DNA of 64,000 nucleotides from a virus: the IMG/VR virus record IMGVR_UViG_3300043446_002688. The stretch is one strand, 5' to 3'. Under the pieces are notes generated by a model. That model had not been told where the DNA came from, did not search any database, and was given only the letters and a program-made list of their open reading frames with translations. Positions 45,268 through 55,057 of this stretch are shown here, piece by piece. Made by a program: the position numbers and the translations under genes. Numbering within the stretch: position 1 is the stretch's first letter; each line of letters opens with the position of its first letter.

Positions 45268-45845
45268 TTGAATTGATGCAAGTGAAAACACCAGAACAAA
45301 AAGAACTGGTGAAGAATATTATTGAAAACAATCATTCATATGTACCTACGAATTCTTCCGTTGGCCGTAGAATAGATTGGTTGATATATCACCAAGAAGA
45401 AGATATGGTTCTGCCTGAATGTATTGGCATGATTGGCCTTGGTTCGTCTGTATATCCACCACCAAAGGATATACTGCGGCATCTTGGCATGTCTAAGCAA
45501 GAATATAAAGTGGCTTTCAATAGTATTGCCAACAACTGGCGTTTCTGTTTCAGTAAAAGAATCAAAAATGCTGGCACGCAAGTATTGAAACAACTTAGAC
45601 AGAAAGCACCAGGTGCATGGAAAGAAAAATATGGTGATGACCTTAGGTGTATAATCACCTTTGTGGGTGCAGGTAAAAACGGTGCAGTATATTTGGCCGA
45701 TAATTGGAAACAAATCGGTGAAACTGCTGGACTTCCTGCACACAAGTCATCTTCTATGAAATGGCACACAGGTGAAGAACTGAAAGAATTATTTGTTAAA
45801 CCAACAGGTGAAAACAAAAAGATAATTTTGATTAAGGATTTGTAA
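45264..45845 (+). CDS. DUF4338/DruA-like or Mom-like GNAT-fold protein
   Basis: HSY...GRRIDWLI, IGMIGLGS, IANNWRF, WKEKYG...TFV, GAVYLADNW..IGETAG. Confidence 0.65.
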   Translation: MIELMQVKTPEQKELVKNIIENNHSYVPTNSSVGRRIDWLIYHQEEDMVLPECIGMIGLGSSVYPPPKDILRHLGMSKQEYKVAFNSIANNWRFCFSKRIKNAGTQVLKQLRQKAPGAWKEKYGDDLRCIITFVGAGKNGAVYLADNWKQIGETAGLPAHKSSSMKWHTGEELKELFVKPTGENKKIILIKDL

Positions 45846-45846
45846 T

Positions 45847-46467
45847 GTGATAACCGAAAACACGGGTTTCGCTTCTTTTGCTTTATACAATGCGATTAAA
45901 CTTCATTTTACTTCTGATAGTTACGATTTTTTTAAGTATGGTGGCAAAACCAACGTATCAAAGTCCAACTTTGCCGTTCGGAAGGACAAGTATTCATTCT
46001 ACAAACTATCCAGAAAATATAACCTACAGGATTTGAGGGATTATTATATTGCCAATTTCCTGGTAAAGAATGTTTCTTGGATTGGTGAGATTGCCAACGA
46101 AGAAGGTGAGTCCAATTACAAAGAATGGCAAAAAAGAAACCAGAGCTTGACATATCGGTTCAAAGAAGATATAATGTATATACTTGATGAAACAGATGGA
46201 AATCCAAATGAATCATTAAAGGTTGTAGACGGACAACATCCACAATTATTGCGATATGTGTGGGGCCACGATGTTAGTATTGAAACATTGGTGATACTGA
46301 ACAACATTCTAAATTTCTTACCAATGTGGGACAAAAAGATTACAGACACAATCGTTTGGCCCGAATGGAAAAGAAAGATTGATAGTTATAGTCCGTTTGT
46401 AAATTATGATAAGGACAAGTTTGTGTCCATTTTGAAAGAAAGTTTAAAAGACTATGCTGATAGATAA
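45847..46467 (+). CDS. 59: Helicase loader gp59
   Basis: LYNAIKLHF..DSYDFFKYGGKT, F..RKDKY.FYKLSRKY, SIETLVIL. Confidence 0.92.
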   Translation: MITENTGFASFALYNAIKLHFTSDSYDFFKYGGKTNVSKSNFAVRKDKYSFYKLSRKYNLQDLRDYYIANFLVKNVSWIGEIANEEGESNYKEWQKRNQSLTYRFKEDIMYILDETDGNPNESLKVVDGQHPQLLRYVWGHDVSIETLVILNNILNFLPMWDKKITDTIVWPEWKRKIDSYSPFVNYDKDKFVSILKESLKDYADR

Positions 46468-46954
46468 AATCTATGTTGATATGGATGGAGTTCTATGTAA
46501 CTTTGAGAAACGATATACAGAACTATATGGCCATATTTCTGATGATGTTCGCCGTAGCACATTCAGGTCAAACTTTACAAACTTCATTGAGACTGACCAG
46601 TTTGCAACATTGGAAATTATGGAAGATGCTCGTTTCTTAATTGATGCACTAGACTTCTATGTTATGCCAAAAGAGATTCTATCATCTACCGCATACGAAG
46701 AAGTGTATGAAAGCATTTCAATGCAAAAGGCTCGTTGGCTTGCAACACACAACATTTCCTGGAAACAAAACTTTGTACCTGGAAAGAGGCACAAGTACAA
46801 ATGGGCAACACCAACTTCTGTGATTATTGATGATACACCAAGTGTTATTGATGATTGGAGAAAAGCAGGTGGGATTGGTATTCTTCACAAGAATACTGAA
46901 CAAACCTTGGCAGAGTTAAAATGCTGCCTAAATAAAGATATACATTATGCATAA
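46454..46954 (+). CDS. HAD 5'(3')-deoxyribonucleotidase-like protein
   Basis: IYVDMDGVL, ILSS, K..W, IIDDT, GGIGILH. Confidence 0.85.
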   Translation: MLIDKIYVDMDGVLCNFEKRYTELYGHISDDVRRSTFRSNFTNFIETDQFATLEIMEDARFLIDALDFYVMPKEILSSTAYEEVYESISMQKARWLATHNISWKQNFVPGKRHKYKWATPTSVIIDDTPSVIDDWRKAGGIGILHKNTEQTLAELKCCLNKDIHYA

Positions 46955-47011
46955 AGTGGACAATCCGTTTATATTCCGTTATATTCCGTTTAATAAGAAA
47001 GAAGGTAAATT

Positions 47012-47896
47012 ATGGTAGATTTCGCCAAATTGAAAAAGAGTTCAGGCAATCTGGACAAACTCACTAAAGCCGTAGAAGCACTCAACGCTTCGTCAGACGG
47101 TAAATCCGACAAAGAGAACTATTGGAGACCAGAAGTAGATAAAGCCGGTAACGGTATGGCTACTATTCGTTTCTTGCCAGCTGCAGCAGTAGATGGTGAT
47201 GATGGTCTGCCTTGGGCAAAAATCTTTGAACATGGATTTCAGGGACCTGGTGGTTGGTTAATCGACAAATGTTTAACCACAAAAGGTCAACAATGTCCTG
47301 TTTGCGAACACAACAACAAATTGTGGAACTCAGGCATTGAAGCGAACAAAGATATTGTTCGTAAGCAAAAGCGTAAACTAAGTTACATCGCCAATGTGTA
47401 TATCGTATCTGATCCAAAGCATCCAGAAAACGAGGGCAAAGTTAAATTGTTCAAGTTCGGTGCCAAGATTTTTGAGAAGATTACAGAGGCAATGAACCCA
47501 CAGTTTGAAGATGAAACACCAATCAATCCATTTGATTTGTGGAAAGGTGCCAACTTCAAGTTGAAGATTACTAAAGTTGCTGGTTATCAGAACTATGACA
47601 AGTCTGAATTTATGTCACCATCAGCACTGTTGGATGACGATGATGAACTTGAAAAGATTTGGAAGTCTCAACACTCATTGTCAGTATTGACAGAGGACAA
47701 AGAATTCAAATCATATGATGACTTGAAGGCTCGTTTGGATAAAGTTTTGGGTGCAACAGAAATGCCTAAGACTACTGTTGAACAGGTTAAGGCTGCTGCA
47801 CCAAAAGCAAAAGTTGCTGCTGATGATGCACCTTGGGAACCAGATGTGTCTGAAGATGACGATATGGCATACTTCTCTAAGTTAGCCGAAGATTAA
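47012..47896 (+). CDS. 32: Single-stranded DNA-binding protein gp32
   Basis: DKAGNG.ATIRFLP, HGFQGPGGW, C.TTKGQQCPVCE, NPFDLWKGANFKLK, acidic tail. Confidence 0.96.
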   Translation: MVDFAKLKKSSGNLDKLTKAVEALNASSDGKSDKENYWRPEVDKAGNGMATIRFLPAAAVDGDDGLPWAKIFEHGFQGPGGWLIDKCLTTKGQQCPVCEHNNKLWNSGIEANKDIVRKQKRKLSYIANVYIVSDPKHPENEGKVKLFKFGAKIFEKITEAMNPQFEDETPINPFDLWKGANFKLKITKVAGYQNYDKSEFMSPSALLDDDDELEKIWKSQHSLSVLTEDKEFKSYDDLKARLDKVLGATEMPKTTVEQVKAAAPKAKVAADDAPWEPDVSEDDDMAYFSKLAED

Positions 47897-47916
47897 ACTG
47901 TTGTCGTAAACCGTTT

Positions 47917-47943
47917 AACCCCGCCTAGTGCGGGGTTTTTTAT
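47917..47943 (+). terminator. Intrinsic terminator at the convergent junction
   Basis: AACCCCGC-CTAGT-GCGGGGTT followed by a T run. Confidence 0.88.
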
Positions 47944-47946
47944 TGG

Positions 47947-49362
47947 TTAAACAACTCTAGTCGAATCAAATATCATTCGTAAGAAAGAATCCTCTTGGTT
48001 TCTGACTGAAGGAATTTGTTTCTTAACTGGTGTAGTTTCTATCTTTTTGTTTACGTTTGTTTGTGTATTTTGTTCAGGTTGTGATTTGTTTAATTTGCCA
48101 ACACTTATTCTATTGTTTAAATTTTCATTAGCTGCAGCATTTAATCTAGAACCAACATTATCATTATTGCCAACTGGAACTCCAGTTGCTGTGGCATTTT
48201 GTCTTTGAAGTTTTGCATTTTCATTAGCATAATAAGTGTTTTCATCAATTTTTAATCCTGTAACAGGATCAAATTTTCCACCCCAGGTTCTGTCCCATTC
48301 CTCAGCACTTCTTAAATTTTTACCTTCAGATGTGTCTGGTCTAGGAACGACTTTAGTTATGGTTTCATTTTTGAATCTCATATCTTTTGGAATTTTTACA
48401 TTTTTTTGTTTTACAACCTTCTCTAAAAATTCCTTGCCGCCAGCCTGATTCATTTCCACTTCATCATTACGTTCCAATATTTCTGCGGCTCGAGCGGGAC
48501 CATTAATTATAATATCTTTTAACGCTTCTTCACCACCTAATTTAACAATATCACGTTCAGAAGCATTCTCTAAGGCCGCTGCAGCTTCTTCAGGACTAAT
48601 AACATTTCTGTTTGCAATTCTTTTTACACTCCAAGCCAATAGTTCAGCCAAACCTAAAATGGTTGCAACTGTCAACACGGCAGGATTCATTAAAACAAAT
48701 CTGAATAAACTGGAACCCAAAAATCTTAATAATGATCCAAACACCTTCATTCCACCGAAAATATCGGATATAATTTTTTTGAAATCGAAATTGGCCATAA
48801 AATTTTTCAACCAATCGGTTAAACTATCAAATCGGTTTCCTTTTCCAGATTTTTTAATTTTTCCACCAGAAAGAACTGTTAGTAATTCTTTGTGGCGTCT
48901 TTCTTCTTCCAGTTGGTGTTCTTCTTCTAAGTTTTTGGCCAGTTCAAGACGCTTCAAATTATCTTCATGTACACCAGATAATAAATTATGCATCTTTTTC
49001 AATGTTTCTGACAATCCAGACATCTCTTGTGTTTTATCAACAGGACCCAATTTAGTCAACTTATCACCAGTTTTTTCACGAATTGGTTTCAAACGACCTG
49101 TGAAATATTGAATGTCTTTTGCATCTCTACCCATCATGTGTCCCAATAGTGCAGGACCTAAGGATGAACCAAAGGTCAACATTTTTGCAATATTGAGAGG
49201 ATCAAATTTTTGTGTGATGCCTTTAACAGAAGCACGTGTTTTCAGGGAAATTGTTTTCTTAATTGCTGTACTAATCTTCTTTTCATACATCAATTGGTCA
49301 GCAAACAGGCTCATCAAGCCTGTATTTCTAATTCGTTTGGCTTGTTGGTATGTAATACTCAT
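47947..49362 (-). CDS. Tape-measure/hub-like tail protein (gp29-like)
   Basis: Helical, coiled-coil and hydrophobic segments; position after gp26/gp51. Confidence 0.55.
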   Translation of the reverse strand: MSITYQQAKRIRNTGLMSLFADQLMYEKKISTAIKKTISLKTRASVKGITQKFDPLNIAKMLTFGSSLGPALLGHMMGRDAKDIQYFTGRLKPIREKTGDKLTKLGPVDKTQEMSGLSETLKKMHNLLSGVHEDNLKRLELAKNLEEEHQLEEERRHKELLTVLSGGKIKKSGKGNRFDSLTDWLKNFMANFDFKKIISDIFGGMKVFGSLLRFLGSSLFRFVLMNPAVLTVATILGLAELLAWSVKRIANRNVISPEEAAAALENASERDIVKLGGEEALKDIIINGPARAAEILERNDEVEMNQAGGKEFLEKVVKQKNVKIPKDMRFKNETITKVVPRPDTSEGKNLRSAEEWDRTWGGKFDPVTGLKIDENTYYANENAKLQRQNATATGVPVGNNDNVGSRLNAAANENLNNRISVGKLNKSQPEQNTQTNVNKKIETTPVKKQIPSVRNQEDSFLRMIFDSTRVV

Positions 49363-51347
49363 ACTGTCCTACTCTTTCTTTCGTATGCGGATCTATCATC
49401 ATACTTTTCATTAGGTGTTGCAGAACTTTGTTTCTGAATCATATTAATATTATTCTGATTGATTGTTGATGATGCAACTTTTGTGGAATTCAAACTATTA
49501 TGCAATTCTTTGTTTTCTATACTACTTTCACCCAATTTAATTTCGTTTGGTTGAATTGCTGGTGGCGGCACACCTATTTCGCCGGACATTTTTTGTCGTT
49601 TTAAAATCCTAGCTTTCAATCCTTCAATGAACCTTTTTGGATCTTTGGCGTTTGATATGGCAGTACCAAAAGATTTTTCTATCGTAGATAAATCATATTC
49701 ACTTATCTTATCAATAAATTCCAACGACGTGGTTGAATTTTTTGAATGTTCTAATGCACGTTTTAATCCAACAGCATTCATTTGGTCATACCTGTCGGAC
49801 ATATAAGCAATTACACGTGGATCTTTGGCGATACTGTCGGATATTCCAGAATTACTCAACAATTTTACGGTTGGTTTGTAGACATGTTTTTCATACCATA
49901 TCAACTGAGCATCATACATTTCCTGTGCTCTGGTTGCAGCCACTTTCCTAAACTCAGCATCAAACTCAGGAGTTGCAGGTTTTGATTTAAAACCAAATTG
50001 TGGATTTTCTGCAACAAATGATTGTATTGATTGTGAATTTGGACCTGAATTCAATCCCAACATACCGTAAGATGTTATTCCTGGTGCTGGATCGTTTGGT
50101 ACAACCTGACCGACTCTATCCGACAAAGATCCTCTATGGCCGGTTTCGCCAGCAATAGTAATATTGGCCGCTGCCAAGACTTCAGCACTTACAGCTGACG
50201 AAGCTACGACCGCAGCGGCCGCAGCACCTCCCTTTATAGCATTTTTGCCCACTGATGATACTGGTGGTGTGCCAGAAACTTTTGGTGGAGGAGTTGGTGT
50301 GTTCGGTTTAGTTTCAACCTTTTTTGGTTTGTCAGGTACCTTTTTTTGTTGTTTACTTACTTTTGGTGGTGTCTGTTTAGTGACTTTCGGTGTACCTGTT
50401 GGTGTTGTTCTTGGTGTCGGAGTTGCCGGTGGTGTCGTGGGTGTAGTTGCAGGCTTTGCAGCTGGTGTTGAAGGTGTTTGTGGTGTAGTTGCAGGCTTTG
50501 CTGCTGGTGTTGCCGGTGTTTGTGGTGTAGTTCCGGTTGGTTCAGTTTTAGCTGCTGGTTTTGGTTTTCCTCCGGTCGATAATTCGGAAGGTTCTGTAGC
50601 CTTTTTCTTTTTACTGACCATTTTCTTTCTCTTGCCGAAATTCAAAATAGTCAAAGCTTCAATTATTTCTTTGTGTTTTTTTTCAGTTCTTATTTCTTTT
50701 TGTTCGGCCTGATTTTTGGCCATTTCCCATCTAAGTTTATCGTCAACTTGAATTTTGACCATCAATTTATAAATTCCACCGAGAATTTGTTCCGCATTAG
50801 CGCCTTCTGGTACAGAATTTTTATCAATACTATTGTTGATTGTTTTTAATATTTTAGAAATATTTTTTTGTGTTACAGGTGATGTTTTTTGTGGACCAGT
50901 TAAAACATCTTTCTCTTGTACATTACTTGGAACATCATTCTTTTGGTTTGAAGATGTTGATTTTTGACCACCAGTTGAACCAGCAATCATTTTAGCCATC
51001 AAAGGTGTAAGAATAGACTCTTTATAACCTTTCTTTGTAGCCATTTGCATTTGGCGTTGCAACATATTATCATCAGATTGTTGTTTGGCCAACTTTTTAA
51101 CCAAATCTATCTGTTCTTTTGTTAAGTCGTGGCCACCATTACTCATCAATGTTGCAACATCACCACTTGTAAACAATTGGTAAAATGTCTTATCGTCCAT
51201 CTTACGCATATTTTTTTCAGAAGGTAAACCACCAGTCATAGCAGTTCCAGCACCTTCAATTGAAAAAGAAGATGTTGAAGTTGGATTTTTACTAGGATGC
51301 AAAGCATTGATAGTTTTGACAATCCCTTTTGATATTCTACTTACCAT
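49359..51347 (-). CDS. Tape-measure-like tail protein with Pro/Thr linker and VgrG3-like muramidase domain
   Basis: Long TPA/KP linker, then GITSYGMLGLNS...F...PATPEFD..F...Q..WY. Confidence 0.6.
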   Translation of the reverse strand: MVSRISKGIVKTINALHPSKNPTSTSSFSIEGAGTAMTGGLPSEKNMRKMDDKTFYQLFTSGDVATLMSNGGHDLTKEQIDLVKKLAKQQSDDNMLQRQMQMATKKGYKESILTPLMAKMIAGSTGGQKSTSSNQKNDVPSNVQEKDVLTGPQKTSPVTQKNISKILKTINNSIDKNSVPEGANAEQILGGIYKLMVKIQVDDKLRWEMAKNQAEQKEIRTEKKHKEIIEALTILNFGKRKKMVSKKKKATEPSELSTGGKPKPAAKTEPTGTTPQTPATPAAKPATTPQTPSTPAAKPATTPTTPPATPTPRTTPTGTPKVTKQTPPKVSKQQKKVPDKPKKVETKPNTPTPPPKVSGTPPVSSVGKNAIKGGAAAAAVVASSAVSAEVLAAANITIAGETGHRGSLSDRVGQVVPNDPAPGITSYGMLGLNSGPNSQSIQSFVAENPQFGFKSKPATPEFDAEFRKVAATRAQEMYDAQLIWYEKHVYKPTVKLLSNSGISDSIAKDPRVIAYMSDRYDQMNAVGLKRALEHSKNSTTSLEFIDKISEYDLSTIEKSFGTAISNAKDPKRFIEGLKARILKRQKMSGEIGVPPPAIQPNEIKLGESSIENKELHNSLNSTKVASSTINQNNINMIQKQSSATPNEKYDDRSAYERKSRTV
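50440..50532 (-). repeat. 42-bp tandem repeat (~2.2 copies) encoding TTPQTP(A/S)TPAAKPA
   Basis: GGTGTAGTTGCAGGCTTTGC recurs at 50440 and 50482; partial third copy at 50524. Confidence 0.85.
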
Positions 51348-51350
51348 TTA

Positions 51351-51538
51351 TTAAGTTCTCATTTGTTCTTTTATTTTTTTATTTTCTTCCTCAAGATATT
51401 GTATTAACATAGTAACATATATGTCCCTTTCCCAAGGTATCATATTTTCCAATTCAGTTAGACTATACTTATGGTGTTGCATCATCGCAAAATTAGTCTT
51501 ATAATAGTTTCCCAAATCATCATAACGAAGTATTAACC
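51351..51538 (-). CDS. 51: gp51-like baseplate hub assembly segment (missed by the ORF track; probably reached by -1 frameshift from gp26)
   Basis: RLILRYDDLGNYYKTNFAMMQHHKYSLTELENMIPWERDIYVTMLIQYLEEEN. Confidence 0.8.
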
Positions 51539-52273
51539 GAAAAAATCTTCAAGGCCCTCCACCTCAAAGTTGTGTACATAACCACACTTTTTACAAGTCA
51601 TTTGAATTTTTTGTGTCATTCTAGGCATATTGTTGAAAAATTCTTCTAGTTTTTCAAACTGTTCTTGATTTAAATTTTCCACAAATTCAATAAGTTCTTC
51701 TTCGGATATCTCACTTGAATAATAAAATTGTTCTCCGTCAAAAATATGTTCTATACAACTTGCAATCATCTTAAAGGTTAAAGATGCAACATCACTGTAA
51801 TCAACATCTGCATTTAATAACCTAAATTCTGGATATTTCATCTTAATTACAATTTTTTCGGTCAGATGTATTTCAGGATCAACAATTTTATCTTGTACAG
51901 GTAGAATTTGAGTTAAATTAATTTTTGTTTCAATTATATTGCCACATTCTTTCGTGTTTCCATCTTCTTTTATCACTTCATTGTTGCAACGGTATTTGGA
52001 TTCCACAATTTCGCCTACCGATTTGGCACGCAATTGTAAAAACAAATACTCAATATCAATGATAGGAACAGAAGAAATATTAAATTCTGGTGTTAAAATA
52101 CAAGTGTTCAGAACATCCAAAATGGAAGACTGAATTGTTTTACTATCTTTTGATTCCATTGCCATCAATAGAATCTTTTGTTCCTTTACTAAGAAAGGAC
52201 GATATTTAATCGTTTTCTTTGATATGGGTAATTCAAGTTCATAAGTTGGCACTTCAAGTTTTGGTAAAGCCAT
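51533..52273 (-). CDS. 26: Baseplate hub assembly protein gp26-like
   Basis: MALPKL..P.YEL.LP, YRPFLVKEQKILLMA, LRAKSVGE, C-terminal CKKCG...EGLEDFFG. Confidence 0.88.
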   Translation of the reverse strand: MALPKLEVPTYELELPISKKTIKYRPFLVKEQKILLMAMESKDSKTIQSSILDVLNTCILTPEFNISSVPIIDIEYLFLQLRAKSVGEIVESKYRCNNEVIKEDGNTKECGNIIETKINLTQILPVQDKIVDPEIHLTEKIVIKMKYPEFRLLNADVDYSDVASLTFKMIASCIEHIFDGEQFYYSSEISEEELIEFVENLNQEQFEKLEEFFNNMPRMTQKIQMTCKKCGYVHNFEVEGLEDFFG

Positions 52274-52288
52274 AATAACTCCTCAAGG

Positions 52289-52843
52289 TTAAAATATATT
52301 AAAGAATGAATTTTGATTCCAGGAATTGTTTCTCCATTCAGTATATGCAAATGTTACAGTTAAACGGTGGTATCCATCTGAACTCCAGTCCAAATCTAAT
52401 TGGTTGACTGATATTGGATAAGCCTCATGCAATTCAACTGCATAAGACAATTTGTTTGAGACATCATATTGATTGATAAAGACAGTTGTGCAATAATCTG
52501 ACCTAAAATTAAAATCGTTTGTTGTTCTAGGATTGACCAATTCTAGCCAACCATCAAAAAAATACTTTGTTGCCATCGTATCATCAACAATAAAAGTCAA
52601 ATCCAAATCATTATATGTGGTCAAATATGGTAACTTTTCAATAGGACCATATGTTTTTCTTTCGGTTGTTGCAAGTGTTCGACCTGGTAGTTCCGCATTT
52701 TCACAACGATACATCAATTCTCTGGATGTTGTAAGTGTCGATGCAACCAATGTTAATGGTGCAATAATACGCACATCAAAACGACTTGAACGTGCAGGGT
52801 CTCTGGTAAAACTGGATTTGAATTCGGATATACTTCCGGCCAT
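52289..52843 (-). CDS. 54: Baseplate tail-tube initiator gp54-like (tail-tube fold)
   Basis: ARSSRFDV, CENAELPG, EAYPISVNQLDL, LTVTFAY..W. Confidence 0.75.
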   Translation of the reverse strand: MAGSISEFKSSFTRDPARSSRFDVRIIAPLTLVASTLTTSRELMYRCENAELPGRTLATTERKTYGPIEKLPYLTTYNDLDLTFIVDDTMATKYFFDGWLELVNPRTTNDFNFRSDYCTTVFINQYDVSNKLSYAVELHEAYPISVNQLDLDWSSDGYHRLTVTFAYTEWRNNSWNQNSFFNIF

Positions 52844-52844
52844 T

Positions 52845-53465
52845 TTATAAAGTCCTTATTTCGTTGACTGATTCTTGCCAAACTGCCTTGGCTTGTTCTT
52901 TTTTGAATTGATGTACAGGTAAATACATCGCAATATCCCATTCCTGTGGTTCAACCGCAAGAATTCTCGATTTTATGTGAGAATACAGATATTTTTTCAA
53001 ACATGGTCTGAATTCTTTATACTTTGATGAGGCATTCAATATAGGATAAGTTATCCTGATTCTTTTTATTTCATCATCATCGTTGTAAATTGCAAGTGGC
53101 AATAATTTCTTTGCAAAAATGATTCTATGTCTGATTGGTAAATAATGAAAGTTCAAACCCAAGAAACCATCAGATTCTCTTTTTAGAGGCATCACTAATG
53201 GAAATCTGTCATAGTATGGCATATCATCTTTGCCCTTAGGATCATATACAAAGTAATATAATCCACCCATAAGAAACTTCTGTTTGTCACTTGCACGTGT
53301 GAAACGAGACTTTTCTTTGGTGATTGGTAAGGCCAACCTTGAGGGGTTCCTCAGGTCACTGATTCGCTTCATCAACCAAGAAAGAGCATCACGGCTCATC
53401 GTTTGATATTCAAGGTCAACTTTTTCTTGGTGTAGTGTTGTAAGTATGGATGGTTTTGTAGTCAT
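52845..53465 (-). CDS. 2: DNA end protector gp2
   Basis: LYYFVYDPK.K..MPYYDRFPLV, GLNFHYLP, CLKKYL. Confidence 0.88.
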   Translation of the reverse strand: MTTKPSILTTLHQEKVDLEYQTMSRDALSWLMKRISDLRNPSRLALPITKEKSRFTRASDKQKFLMGGLYYFVYDPKGKDDMPYYDRFPLVMPLKRESDGFLGLNFHYLPIRHRIIFAKKLLPLAIYNDDDEIKRIRITYPILNASSKYKEFRPCLKKYLYSHIKSRILAVEPQEWDIAMYLPVHQFKKEQAKAVWQESVNEIRTL

Positions 53466-53477
53466 CTCATATTTAGG

Positions 53478-53912
53478 TTATAGTCCGAGGTGATCCTCTG
53501 TAAAGATTTTGAATTCCCATCCACGGTCTAGACAGTATTCAGTAGCGGCTTTCCACTTTGCTTGATTAACACCCCAGGTTGTAACTTCTTGTATATACTG
53601 TTTGGTGATTCGTTTTTTCTTTTCTGGTTCTTTGGTTTGTTTCTTGGGTTTGACCTCAATCATCATGGTCTTGGTCTTACCGTCAGCAGTTTTAACTTTG
53701 ACAAGAAAATCTGGGAAATATCTATGTTTTTTGCCGTCCACAGGTGAAACATATGGCACAATCAATTCTTCTGATGCCCAAGATACCACATTTGGGTTTT
53801 TGTCAAGCCAAGTCATCACCCGACATTCCCATGACGAGCGGTATATGATATTTGTGTGGTCTCCTGCGTATTTTGCGGGATTTGTAGGTCTAAATGTTCC
53901 AGAATATGCCAT
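53478..53912 (-). CDS. 4: Head completion nuclease gp4
   Basis: MAYSG.F.P.NP.KY.GD, YRSSWE, WASEE, HRYFPDF, EVKP, NQAKW. Confidence 0.93.
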   Translation of the reverse strand: MAYSGTFRPTNPAKYAGDHTNIIYRSSWECRVMTWLDKNPNVVSWASEELIVPYVSPVDGKKHRYFPDFLVKVKTADGKTKTMMIEVKPKKQTKEPEKKKRITKQYIQEVTTWGVNQAKWKAATEYCLDRGWEFKIFTEDHLGL

Positions 53913-53944
53913 AAATACTATGTATAATCTTTTCCTAAAATAAA

Positions 53945-55057
53945 ATGACAAATCTCACACAAGATGAACTAGCACAACACTATCGTGATGAATTAAAAAT
54001 GAGGCAAACATCACAACCTCTGAGTCCCACAGAAAGTTCTGGTGATGTAAGTCAGGGGACATCTTATTCAACCACCAGAACTCCTTTTGGTGGAGGAGTT
54101 AGTGTTCAAACAAATAACGATTCGGTTACCGGACCGATGGCGTCACTTTATAAAAACAAGTATACTTATACAAGTCTGATATATCCCTTGGATGTTGGTT
54201 CTATTGGCAAAGGACACACCATACAGTTTGATATCAGTGACATAAAACCTGTCGAATTAAAAGATGTTGAAAATACCGTAAATAATATGGTCGACCAAGC
54301 CAAAGCTTCTTTTGGAACATTAGCTGCAGCACAAACCACTGTAACAACAGCAGCTGGCCAAGTGGTCGATGCAGCAACTCAAGCTGGTGAATATATAAAA
54401 AATAATACAGCAGGAAAAATCGTTAATGATTTTGTGGATTCTTTGGCAAATGCTCCAAAATTAGATTATGGTCCAGAAGTCACAAAAACAGTATCAACAA
54501 TACGATTGAGTATGCCAGATACTTTGAATTTTTCATATGGTATACAATATGATAAATTAAGTGTGGCTGATGCAGCTGGTTCGGTTGTACCTTTGGTAGG
54601 AACAATTGCACGTGCTATTACATCTGGTATAGGTAAAATGGCGTTGAATAAATTGGGTTATGTATTTAACCCACAAGAACAACAAATCTTTGAAGGTATT
54701 GATTTCCGTGAATATGAAATGACTTTTATTTTCACACCAATTTCACAAAGAGAAGCGGATACAGTCAAAGAAATTATCAAAACATTCAGAAAGTATGCAG
54801 CGCCAACAATCAATAACAAATTGTCTGGTTTCTTCTTTACACCACCTTCTGTTTTCGATGTTTCTTTCTTTTTCAATGGTCAACCAAACTATAACTTAAA
54901 TCCAATCAGAAGAAGTGTGGTAACAAATATTTCTGTGGATTATGCACCAAATGGCTGGGCTGCACTTAGAAACGGTGCACCTGTACAAACAACAATGACA
55001 GTTTCATTCAGAGAAACAGAACTTGTCGATAGAACATCAATAGAGTCCGAAAGATGA
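53945..55057 (+). CDS. 48: Baseplate tail tube cap gp48
   Basis: NPQEQQIFEGIDFR.YEMTF.F.P, VVTNISVDYAPNG, MTVSFRETE. Confidence 0.88.
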   Translation: MTNLTQDELAQHYRDELKMRQTSQPLSPTESSGDVSQGTSYSTTRTPFGGGVSVQTNNDSVTGPMASLYKNKYTYTSLIYPLDVGSIGKGHTIQFDISDIKPVELKDVENTVNNMVDQAKASFGTLAAAQTTVTTAAGQVVDAATQAGEYIKNNTAGKIVNDFVDSLANAPKLDYGPEVTKTVSTIRLSMPDTLNFSYGIQYDKLSVADAAGSVVPLVGTIARAITSGIGKMALNKLGYVFNPQEQQIFEGIDFREYEMTFIFTPISQREADTVKEIIKTFRKYAAPTINNKLSGFFFTPPSVFDVSFFFNGQPNYNLNPIRRSVVTNISVDYAPNGWAALRNGAPVQTTMTVSFRETELVDRTSIESER

